Assembly: GCF_009914755.1 (NCBI RefSeq)
Contig: NC_060937.1
DNA length: 64,000 nucleotides
Direction: 5' to 3' (one strand)
Source of the DNA: the human T2T-CHM13v2.0 reference genome, Homo sapiens
Shown: piece by piece, positions 30,661 to 47,200 of the stretch
How positions within the stretch are numbered: position 1 is the stretch's first letter
How the letters are laid out: each line of letters opens with the position of its first letter
Position numbers and translations under genes: made by a program
The notes under the pieces: model-generated
The model's database searches: none
Told to the model about the DNA's origin: nothing
Seen by the model: only the letters and a program-made list of their open reading frames with translations

Positions 30661-31844
30661 GCTGAGCTGCAAAAACTTGCCATATTTGTTTTCTTGCATA
30701 ATGAGATGAATCTGTGATGTAAATAGCAATGTATGCATCCTATTTTCAATTTTTAAAATACAATCAATTGACCGAAATGATGATAAGCTTTCATTATAAT
30801 TTGTTAATGCTGCAAGGCAATCTAATTTTGGATCACGTGAAGGAAATGGGAGACAAATAGTTTTGGATTCCACTCATGTCTATTAGCATAACATAAAGGT
30901 TTCCTATCATATTTGACGTCATGATGAAATAATTATAGCTTTAAGTTCTAGATTTTAATCTGAATAGCATTAAGATTATCAATATTCTTAACAATTTGTT
31001 CAAATTTCTCAGTGAAAGCAAATATACTTGAGCACCCTTAAGGATAAATCAATAAATTTTAGTTTACAGAAGAAAGGGTAATATGCTTTTATTTACCTTG
31101 CCACTACTATTTTTGGCCTTTGTTTTTAACCCTTTCTACCACTTTAGTCTGGCAAGACATCACACATTGAAGATGGACAACTGATATGCTCTAATCCAAG
31201 AGAATCTTCTGCTTCTTTTGAGAGTGTCATAATTTTCTGAAAAATACTAATATAAGTAACCAAAATAATAACATTTTTTAATTCAATTAATCTTACCAGG
31301 TACCTATATTCTGGTAACTGCCTTTGGGAATTCATGGATGATTTAATCATATTATCTCTCAAGATACTCAGATCTTAATGGAGTGGAAAAACATGGCAGC
31401 AACAATTTGAGATGGTTTATTTTAATTACTATATCAATTCTGTATTATTTTGTCTTATTTTACTTCTGATATAGTATTACCTTTCTGGTTGTATTTTTCC
31501 TTCTACTCTAGTTTAGGGTCTCTTAATTGTCTTTGTTTATCTTCTTTAGACTTACACCTACAAACCCAGTTTTTTAAAATGAGATATGTGAATTAAAATA
31601 TGCAGATAATCACATGATTTCGAATCTGGTCCTTTTTTTAAAATTTATACTTTAAGTTTTAGGGTACATGTGTACAATGTGCAGGTTTGTTACATATGTA
31701 TACATGTACCATGTTGGTGTGCACCCATTAACTCGCCATTTACATTAGGTATATCTCCTAATGCTATCCCTCCCCTCTTCCCCCACCCCACAACAGTCCC
31801 CAGAGTGTGATGTTCCCCTTCCTGTGTCCATGTGTTCTCATTGT

Positions 31845-35669
<3,825 letters not shown>

Positions 35670-35732
35670 GATGATGTTAGCTGGTTATTTTGCTCGTTAG
35701 TTGATGCAGTTTCTTCCTAGCCTTGACGGTCT

Positions 35733-36747
35733 TTATAATTTGGCATGTTTTTGCAGTGGCTCGTACCAGTTGTTCCTTTCCATGTTTAGTGCTTCCTTCA
35801 GGAGCTCTTTTAGGGCAGGCCTGGTGGTGACAAAATCTCTCAGCATTTGCTTGTCTATAAAGTATTTTATTTCTCCTTCACTTATGAAGCTTAGTTTGGC
35901 TGGATACGAAATTCTGTGTTGAAAATTCTTTTCTTTAAGAATGTTGAATATTGGCCCCCACTCTCTTCTGGCTTGTGGAGTTTCTGCTGAGAGATCAGCT
36001 GTTAGTCTGATGGGCTTTCCTTTGTGGGTAATCTGACCTCTCTCTCTGGCTGCACTTAACATTTTTTCCTTCATTTCAACTTTGGTGAATCTGACAATTA
36101 TGTGTCTTGGAGTTGCTCTTTTCATGGAGTGTCTTTGTGGCATTCTCTGTATTTCCTGAATTTGAATGTTGGCCTGCCTTGCTAGGTTGGGGAAGTTCTC
36201 CTGGATGATATCCTGCAGAGTGTTTTCCAACTTGGTTCCATTCCCCCCATCACTTTCAGGTACACCAATCAGACAGATTTGGTCTTTTCACATAGTCCCA
36301 TATTTCTTGGAGGCTTTGTTCATTTCTTTTTATTCTTTTTTCTCTAAACTTCTCTTCTCACTTCATTTCATTCATTTAGTCTTCCATCGCTGATACCCTT
36401 TCTTCCCGTTGATTGCATCAGCTACTGAGGCTTGTGCATTCATCATGTAGTTCTTGTGCTGTGGTTTTCAGCTCCATCAGGTCCTTTAAGGACTTCTCTG
36501 CATTGGTTATTCTAGTTAGCCATTCGTCTAATTTTTTTTCAAGGTTTTTAACTTCTTTGCCTTGGGTTCGAACTTCCTCCTTTAGCTTGGAGTAGTTTGA
36601 TCTTCTGAAGCCTTCTTCTCTCAACTCGTCAAAGTCATTCTCCGTCTAGCTTTGTTCCGTTGCTGGTGAGGAGCTGCGTTCCTTTGGAGGAGGAGAGGTG
36701 CTCTGATTTTTAGAGTTTCCGGTTTTTCTGCTCTGTTTTTTCCCCAT
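35733..36747 (-). pseudogene. L1 ORF1p with stop and frameshift
   Basis: ATG at 36747. Surviving pieces 36418-36624 and 35733-36230. Confidence 0.93.
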
Positions 36748-37325
36748 CTTTGTGGTTTTATCTACCTTTGGTCTTTGATGATGGTGACATACAGATGGGT
36801 TTTTGGTGTGCATGTCCTTTCTGTTTGTTAGTTTTCCTTCTAACAGTCAGGACCCTCATCTGGAGGTCTGTTGGAATTTTCTGGAGGTCCACTCCAGACC
36901 CTGTTTGCCTGGGTATCAGCAGTGGTGGCTGCAGAACAGTGGATATTGGTGAACCGCAAATGCTGCTGCCTGATCATTCCTCTGGAAGTTTCGTATCAGA
37001 GGAGTACCCGGCCGTTTGAGGTGTCAGTCCACCCCTACTGGTGAGTGCCTCCCAGTTAGGCTACTCAGGGGTCAGGACCCACTTGAGGAGGCAGTCTTCC
37101 CGTTCTCAGATCTGAAGCTGCGTGCTGGGAGACCCACTACTCTCTTCAAAGCTGTCAGACAGGGACATTTAAGTCTGTAGAGGTTACTGCTGCCTTTTGT
37201 TTGTCTGTGCCCTGCCCCCAGGGGTGGAGCCTACAGAGGCAGGCAGGCAGGCCTCCTTGAGCTGTGGTGGGCTCCAACCAGTTCACGCTTCCTGGCCGCT
37301 TTGTTTACCTACTCAAGCCTCGGCA

Positions 37326-37703
37326 ATGGTGGGCGCCCCTCCCCAAGCCTGGCTGCTGCCTTGCAGTTTGTTCTCAGACTGTTGTGTTAGCAATGAGCGA
37401 GGCTCCGTGGGTGTAGGACCCTCCAAGCCAGGTGCAGGATATAATTTCCTGGTGTGCTGTTTGTTAAGCCCATTGGAAAAGCACAGTACTAGGGTGGGAG
37501 TGACCCGATTTTCCAGGTGCCATCTGTCACTCCTTTCTTTGACTAGGAAAGGGAATTCCCTGACCTCTTTCACTTCCCGGGTAAGGCGATGCCTCGCTCT
37601 GCTTCGGCTCACGCACAGTGCACTGCACCCACTGTCCTGCACCCACTGCCTGGCACTCCCCAGTGAGATGAAGCCGGTACCTCAGTTAGAAATGCACAAA
37701 TAA
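37326..37703 (+). CDS. L1 antisense ORF0 homologue (open, 125 aa); expression unknown
   Basis: gcaATGg at 37326. MVGAPPQAWLLPCSLFSDCCVSNERGSVGVGPSKPG resembles ORF0. Confidence 0.5.
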   Translation: MVGAPPQAWLLPCSLFSDCCVSNERGSVGVGPSKPGAGYNFLVCCLLSPLEKHSTRVGVTRFSRCHLSLLSLTRKGNSLTSFTSRVRRCLALLRLTHSALHPLSCTHCLALPSEMKPVPQLEMHK

Positions 37704-38084
37704 CCCGTCTTCTGCGTCACTCATGCTGGGAGCTGTAGACTGGAGCTGTTCCTATTTGGCCATCTTGGCTCCACCCCCATGGCCCTTTTTTTTGTCTTTT
37801 TGCCTTTCATAGGAATAGGAAGAATGGCTAAGCTGGCCAATTCTCAGATGTTATCACCTGATGGACTGTGTGCTTACCCAGTTCAGGCAGGTTCATGGCT
37901 CACTGCTGCCAGCCCAGCTATGAATTGATTCAAAAGTAACCACAATTGTCTTAGACGTAATTTTGAGTTTTTTTGTAGGAAACCACTCAGAAGGCCAAGA
38001 GACTCCTAAAAATAGGGTTATAGAAAAAGAAGAATGTTACCTCAAGCTTTTTTCCTGTTGGTGGAGACACTCTGAAGTTTATAT

Positions 38085-38375
38085 ATTTATTTATTTGAGA
38101 CAGTGTCTCACTCTGTTGCCCAGGCTGGAATGCAGTAGTCCGATCATGGCTCACTGCAGCCTGAAATTATGGGCTGAAGTGATCCTCCTACCTCAGCCTA
38201 CTGAGCAGCTGGGACCATAGGCATTCATCACCATGCCCAACTAATGAATTTTTTTTTAGAGAAGGGGTCTCACTATGTTGTTTATGTTGATCTCTAACTC
38301 CTAGGCCCAAGTGATCTATCTGCCTTGGCCTCACAAAGTGCTAGGATTACAGGTGTAAGCCACAATGACTGACCT
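38085..38375 (-). mobile_element. AluJ, diverged
   Basis: (ttta)n tail plus reverse-complement Alu dimer. Confidence 0.88.
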
Positions 38376-38482
38376 CTGTAGGATATTTATAAACTTATTA
38401 TCCATTACGTTTAAGACAACAAGTGCATGGCTTATTGGCCATTACAACATTCTGGATCCAGTTCTTTACAATAAGCAAAGTT

Positions 38483-38777
38483 GGTCGGGTGTGGGTAGCT
38501 CACACTTGGAATCCCAGCAGTTTGGGATGCTGAGGTAGGTGGCATCACCTGTGGCCCAGCCTGGTCAACATGGTGAAACCCCATTTCTACTAAAAATACA
38601 AAATCCTGTGATCCCAGCTACTTGGAAGGCTGAGACATGAGAATTGCTTGCACCCTGGAGACAGAGGTTGCAGTGAGCTGAGATCGCACCACAGTACCTA
38701 GCCTGGGCAACAGAGCGAGACTCTGTCTCAAAAATAATAATAATAATAATAGTAATAATAATAATAATAATAATAAA
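38483..38777 (+). mobile_element. AluS-like with two internal deletions and (AAT)n tail
   Basis: Forward Alu lacking the B-box segment (gaggtcaggagttcgaga) and the start of the right arm. (aat)n at ~38733-38775. Confidence 0.9.
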
Positions 38778-39354
38778 GCCAAGGGGACATGAGGCAGCCC
38801 AAAAGATTTAAGGCCTTTTTCTTTAAAAGCATGGGATGTTTGATATAAGGAGAATTTTTGGTGTCTTCCTCTTATCCTCAAACACAACAAATTAAAGACC
38901 AGAACTTGTTGAAAAAAGAGGAAAGTTATGAATGAAGAAGAGTAAGTGGGAATTTCTACAGATGAAATACTGAATGGAGAGTAAAAAGAATTGGAAGAGA
39001 ATTTAATGTTAGAAGTGAACAAAAGAGTGTTATGAAAACCTTTTTTTCTTGAGTAATAGAACTTTAGAGCCAAGAAGAAACCTAATACATTTTTTTCCTA
39101 AAATTCTTATGCTATACAAATGGAAAACTGAGACACAATTGACTCCCTGACTAAGCAATAGAATCATAGAATTTGAGGGGCTCAAAGGACTTAAAAGATT
39201 ATTTAATCATCTTTCTGGGGCTTGCATCAGTTTTTCATTGAATACTAGAGTTTGACACTGGAAAGGACACTGTGTGGTTTCTTTGCTGTCCTTTTATGTG
39301 TACAGCATTTCCCTGACCTCATTTTTAAGAGATAATCAAATTGCTACTTAGATA

Positions 39355-40014
39355 TAGTCAATTCTCATTATTTAGGGTAGTTATGTTCTGCAAAGTTGCC
39401 TTGAACACTGAATTAGCGAAAATTGAATCATTGTCTCTAGGGAAGATACAGGGTGAGGTTCTTTGAGCCTCTGGTCACAACATTTTTATCAATCAATCAA
39501 AGTATAGCTTTGTTTTATGTGTGTTTCTGTTTAAAGATGCCTTATTTAATATATACTTTTGATTTTTGTATATCACATTCATGGCCCAAAGTACTATAAT
39601 CCATGTCTCAATGAAGCTTATTGGATATGTATTTTCTCCATAATGCACCTCACAGTCTTCTTGTCCTTGGGAACACTAGACAGCACTTCAGCATTATGAT
39701 TGGGGCCATTTGCGGTGAGATCACCAAGAAAAGGCACAAAAGTGCAAAGTAGTCTGGTAAAAGGGTACTTCTTTACAATATGAAAGATTAAACAAGAAGG
39801 CAGTGGGCTGGGCTGCCTTGTTTGACCTCTGCTGGAAATGTTCATAGCAGATGACTTGATTTTGATTTTTTTTTTTTAATAGCTCCATGCATGCATGTTC
39901 ACAAATGACCCTGACCATGAAATCATCAGGAATATTGATTTTGGGGTTGCAAATAAGTTGTAATAAATAGGTGAAATTGCAAATAGAAAATCTTCAAATA
40001 ATGAGGATTGACTG
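39355..40014 (-). mobile_element. MER82 (TcMar-Tigger) DNA transposon
   Basis: TIRs tagtcaattctcattattt / aaataatgaggattgactg, each flanked by TA. Transposase N-terminal relic AEVLSSVPKDKKTVRCIMEKI. Confidence 0.85.
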
Positions 40015-40839
40015 TAATTTCGGTGGAAGAAAACGAACTGAATTCAGGGTAACCACCTACTTGAGTCAATGTTTGGACAATTCCGTCTTCCTGTGAAGTC
40101 TATCCACGGCTTTTCATTCTGTCTTTTGGGACTACATAAGTAGGGTTAAAATCTTCATCTCCTGTAAGTCATTCATCTGTTTGCAAAGAGCCATATCAGT
40201 CCCATGATTCTATTCTCTAAGGTATTTACACCTTTTATTCAACTGAATCTCAATCGCAACAGGGTTTGTAATTTCCTCAGGAGTTTGACAAGACTCTGTG
40301 AAACTGCTGAATCTGAGTTGATTCTTTGATGTACATCTTATGCTCTGGCCTTTCCAAGCCCATGCAAGTTCACTCACTAGCAACAAATCTGCAATTAGCA
40401 ATTACCCAGTAATTATTTGAAAACCTGAAGTAATAGAGAATCAGTCATTTCTGTTTTTCATTTTGGCATAGAGGGTTAAACCCTACCTGTTCACTCTGGA
40501 CAGCAGCACAATCGAGTCAGGCCTAGAATCATTGTCTCTTAAATCCTAGTTATGTATTTTGTACTTCCTACCACATCAGGCTCTCAGGAAGATATGTCTC
40601 GGAACTAACATTTGGTTCCTGGTTGAAATTTAAGAATAACCCCCAAAGATCAGCCCACTACAAACATGTTACTTGTCACAGGGGAATCATTATGGTCATG
40701 ACACTTGCAGATAAAATGTATACTTTTTCGTTGATCTAAAATTGAATTTTAAGTCAAACAAAAAGAAACCCTCTTTTCATTGGTGTTTTCCTTTGATATT
40801 GAGAAAGGGCTATACCTTGAGAAGGAGAGGATCAAGCAT

Positions 40840-41100
40840 AGTAGCCCAGAAACTGGACACTTGGGTCTTTTGGCCAGTCTGCCCAGCAGATGTGTTTTGT
40901 TGGGCCCACAAATTGTTTCCATTCACAGGGTTTATTTTTTTAATTAGTGGGTAGAACTTGAAAATCAATTTCACATAAAATTCTAAATTTATGGTTTCTC
41001 TTGAAAAATCAGATAACTGCCCTGGGCTTATTTTTCTAAAAGGGAACACTCTGTAGGAGTCTGATAGTAGCTTCCCCTTTTACCTGGGGTGTGTGCTTTT
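40840..41100. mobile_element. Degraded hAT-Charlie-type MITE (MER102-like)
   Basis: cagatgtgttttgttgggcccac and atttcacataaaattc...tttctcttgaaaaatcaga blocks. Confidence 0.45.
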
Positions 41101-41647
41101 TCTGATTTGACAATAGTCTCTAACGTTTGTATTGCCTCCTACCTCTGAAGTTTTCTCTCTTACGGTTATTTATTTAGGTCTGTGTCTACTGTTTTACCAG
41201 CTAAAACAATTGGAATTGTTCCTACCACAATGCTTTAAAATATTTTCTGACTTCACAACATATCATTATATATGAAAATGTATAATCTAATTGGGTATAG
41301 TATTTGGGATTCCCATCGCATATTATGGGTTAAACATAGTATTCTTAGTCATATTAAGCTGGAAGGAAAACTCTAATTAAGGTTATGCATCATTTATAAG
41401 AAGCTGTTCTCTTTTGCGCTTCCTGTTTTTGGCAGTTTTTGTATTTCTCATTGTCAGCTTCTTTGCTGGAGGCGAACGTTTGGATCAAGGACAAGCTTCA
41501 ACACCTACCCCTCCTCAGGTGTGTTACATGAGCAATATCAATATCATTTTGCATATGCAAAAGCATGCCTTCTAGCCACAGTGCACAACTCTCAAGACAT
41601 GTTGAGTTTTAGGGGGCATAAAATCTCAAGTCTAAAAGTCATGCTTT

Positions 41648-41957
<310 letters not shown>

Positions 41958-42989
41958 CTATGCTTTGTTCCTTATTCACTGTCTTCAAAGCTTAGCCTTT
42001 GTCCAGTCGCAGCAAAAATCCTCTGGACTCAATGAAACAATGAGTAGAGGAAAAAGACCTGGGTTTAAAATAACAGCAGCAGCAGCAGCAACAATCATCA
42101 CATTCATAGCAGCAGCAGCACAATTTCAGACTCTTCTCAACCCTTTCCCCTGTCAGCACTAACAAGGCAAGAGGGTGGGACTGTCTTTCTGGACTCTAGA
42201 ACTGTGTGTATGTGGGGAATTTTGGAATGTGTTTTTCTTTTTAGGACTTGAAATTCATGAAGTCATATTTCTATTTTTACTAGAATGTTACAGTGGGGGA
42301 GCAAGCATTCCTTGTGATTTAACCCATAGCCCTGCCTCCTCTGGGCCAGATATTCACTGCATGTTTTTGACACGTACATATATGGGTCTTGTTTGTTGCA
42401 AATTCAAACTTCTATTCTGGGAATGGGTTGCAAGGATTAGTTTTGTGGTTGCACTTTGGAAATATGTGATGATGCATATTCAATGACTTTGCAATGTAGC
42501 TATTCCAAGTAAGTCATGTTGGTTCATGGATGCTTGCCCTTTACACAATAAGATTGTTAAATACATAATCATGATGTCAAAGGCTCATTTATTTTCTTCT
42601 TTGTGTCACAGTGGAATTCTATCATTTGTTAGGGAAGAATTGTAACTTTAACATTTCACCAGATTGGAGCACAGATTATGTCTCACCCTTTTGTCATTAA
42701 ATGGACTTTTTTCCCCCCACAAGTGAATAATTCCTTGTCCAGAATTCTCTTCTGGGCTCATCTAGTACCATGTGGAATTCTTTTTCTTACAGCTGTTCTC
42801 AAATATGAAATTCAGTACCCATCACATTTATTCTAAACGACACATGAACCGAGAATAATTTTTGCATTATTCTATAATTAAATTTTTTTATTGAACTAAA
42901 GTAAAAAAAAAATGTATCTGATAGTGCTGTCCCTTGGGTCACTGCATCAGGACCGGTGGTCATTGGAATTATTCTTTGATCTCACCTCT

Positions 42990-44258
<1,269 letters not shown>

Positions 44259-44272
44259 CTAAGCAGTTTACT

Positions 44273-47200
44273 TTTTTGATTTTTTATTTCATTCTAAGTT
44301 GACAATCTATAACTATATGTATTTATGGGGTAAAGAGTGATATTATGATTTATGAATACAATGTGAAATAATTAAACCAAGTGAAGCCACAAATCCCTTC
44401 CCTTAAATACTTCTCACTTTTTTGTGGTGAGACCATTTGAAATTTACTCTTAGCAATTTAAAAATGTACAGTAAAGTATTAATAACCATATGTACCGCAT
44501 TGGAAACTTGATCTAAGAAAACACACTTATTGTACTGTCTAACTGTACTTTGATCATCATTCTCCCCACCGCCAGCCTCTGTAACTATCATTCTGTTATC
44601 TGCTTCTATAAGATCAATGTTTTTAGGATGCACATATAAGTGAAAACATGCAGTACCCCTCTTTCTGTGCCTTATTTCATTTAGCATAATGTTCTCTAGG
44701 TTCATCTGTGTTGTCACAAGTGACAGAATTTCCTTTTTTAAAAAGGTTAAATAATCTATTGTGTTTATATTCCACATTTTCTTTATTCATTCACCTGCTG
44801 GTGGACATTTAGAAATATTAAATGACTTGGACATTGTGCGTAGTGTTGCAGTGACAATGGATTGCAGACATGTCTTTGACAAACTGATGTCAAATCTTTT
44901 GGAAAAACCCTAAAAGTGGGATTGCTGAATCACATGGTAGTTCTATTTTTAGTTTTTGAGGAAGCTCCAAACCATAATAGCTGTACTAATTTACATTTCC
45001 ACAATAGTGTACAAGAGTTCCTTTTTCTCCACATCTTTGCCAGCACTTATCGTTTTTTTTTGATAGTAGCCATTATGACAGGTGTGAGATGATACCTCAC
45101 TATGGTTTTAATTTGCATTTGCCTAATGATTAGTGATGTTGAACATTTTTTCATGTATCTGTTGGTCATTTGTATGTGTTATCTCGAAAAAAAAGTCCAT
45201 TGAACTTTCTTGTTCATTTTTTATTCCCATTGAGTTGTTTGAGTTCCTTATATATTTTTGATATTAACCTCTTTTCAGATGTATTGCTGGCAAATATTTT
45301 CTCTCAATGTATAGATTGTTTCTTCACACTATTATTTCTTTTCATCTGCAGAAGCTTTTTGGTTAATGTAATTTCATTTGTCTATTTTTGTTTTCATTGC
45401 CTGTGCTTTTGGGTCAAATAAAAAAAAATCATTGCTTAGACCAATGTTGTGTAGTTTTTTCCCTATGTTTTCTTCTAGTAGTTTTATAGTGGCTGGTCTT
45501 ATGTTTAAGTCTTTAACTCATTTTCAGTTGACTTTTGTATATGGCACGAGGAACCCATGACTAGGGTTCAATTCCATGGGTCCAAATTGGACCCATGATA
45601 AGGATGCAATTTCATTATTTTGCATATAGGCACCCAGTTTTCCAACACCATTTGTTGCAGACAATCCTTTTTTCATTGTGTATTTTTGGTACCTGTGTCG
45701 AAAATCAGTTGACTGTACATGCATAGGCCCGTTTCTGGGCTTTCTATTCTGTTACATTAGTCGATGTGTACCTATATTTTTGCGAGTACCACATTGTTTT
45801 AATTACTAAAGCTTTTTAGTATGGTTTGAAATCAGATAGTGTGATGCCTCCAGCTTTGTTTTGCTTATTGCCTTGGCTATTCAAGATTTTTTGTGGTTCC
45901 GTATGAATTTTAGGGCTGTTTTTTCTATTTCTATGAAAATTAACATTGGAATTTTGATAGTGCTTTCACTGAATTTGTAGATCATTTTGGGTAGTGTGGA
46001 CATTTTAATAATATTTTTCCAATTCATGAACACAGGTTATCTTTCTATTTATTTTGGGTCCTCTTCATTTTCTCTCATCGGCTTTTTATAGTTTTCATGT
46101 ATACATTTTTCACCTCCTTGGTTAAACTTATTCTTATGTATTTTATTTATTCATTTATTGTAGCTATCACAATAGAATTGTTTTCTTGATTTCTTTTTTG
46201 GTTAGTTTGTTGATGTATAGAAATGCTACTGATTTTTGTATGTTGGCTTTGTATACTGCAACTTTGTTTATTAGTTCTAATATTTTTTTTTTGGTGACAT
46301 CTTTAAGGTTTTCTATATATAAGATCATATCTTTAGTAAACATTGGCAGTTTTGCTTCTTTGTTTGCTATTTGGTTGCCTTTTATGTCTTTTTCTTGCCT
46401 GATTGCTCTGGGAAAAATTTCTAATATTATGTCTCATTTCAGATCATAGAGAAAAGGCTTTTAATTTTTCACCATTTTGTATAATGCTAACTGTGAGGTT
46501 CTTATGTATGGCCTTTGTTACATGGAGGTACATTTCTTTTACCTAATTTGGTAAGAGTTTTTATTATGAAAGAATGTTGAATTTTGTCAAAATTTTTTTG
46601 CATCAAATGAGATGATCATGTATTTTCATTTTTCATTCCATTAATAGGATGTATCACATTTATTGATTTGCACATGTTGATCCACTCTTACTTTCCAGGG
46701 GTAAATTCCACTTGATCATGGCGGATGATCCTTTTAATGTGCTGTTGAATTCTTTTTGCTAGTATTTTGTTGAGAATCTTTGAATTTATGTTAATCAAGG
46801 ATACTGGCCTATAATTTTCTTTTTTGTAATGTCCTTGTTTGGCTTTGGTATTAGGGTTATACTGGCCTTGTGGAAAGAGTTTGGAAGTATTCCCTTTTTG
46901 AGTATTTTGAAGAGCTGAAGATTGGTGTTAATTCTTATTTAATGTTTAGTAGAATTCAGCAGTGAAGTAATCAGACCCTGGGATTCCATTTGATGGGAGA
47001 CTTTTTATTACTGATTCATTCTCCTTACTGTTAATTACTATGATATTATTTCTTCGTAATTCAGTCTTAGTAGGTTATATGCATCTAGAAATTTATCCAT
47101 TTATTTCTGGGTTGTTAAATCTGTTGGTGTATAATTTTTCATATTAGTGTCCTATAATTCTTTGAATTTCTGTTATTAGTTGTAATGCCTTCTCTTTTAT

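Noticed and set aside
41965-42162. Poly-alanine / CAG-repeat coding exon
   Set aside because: Only two short GCA runs in a non-ATG ORF, with no recognisable protein or splice context.
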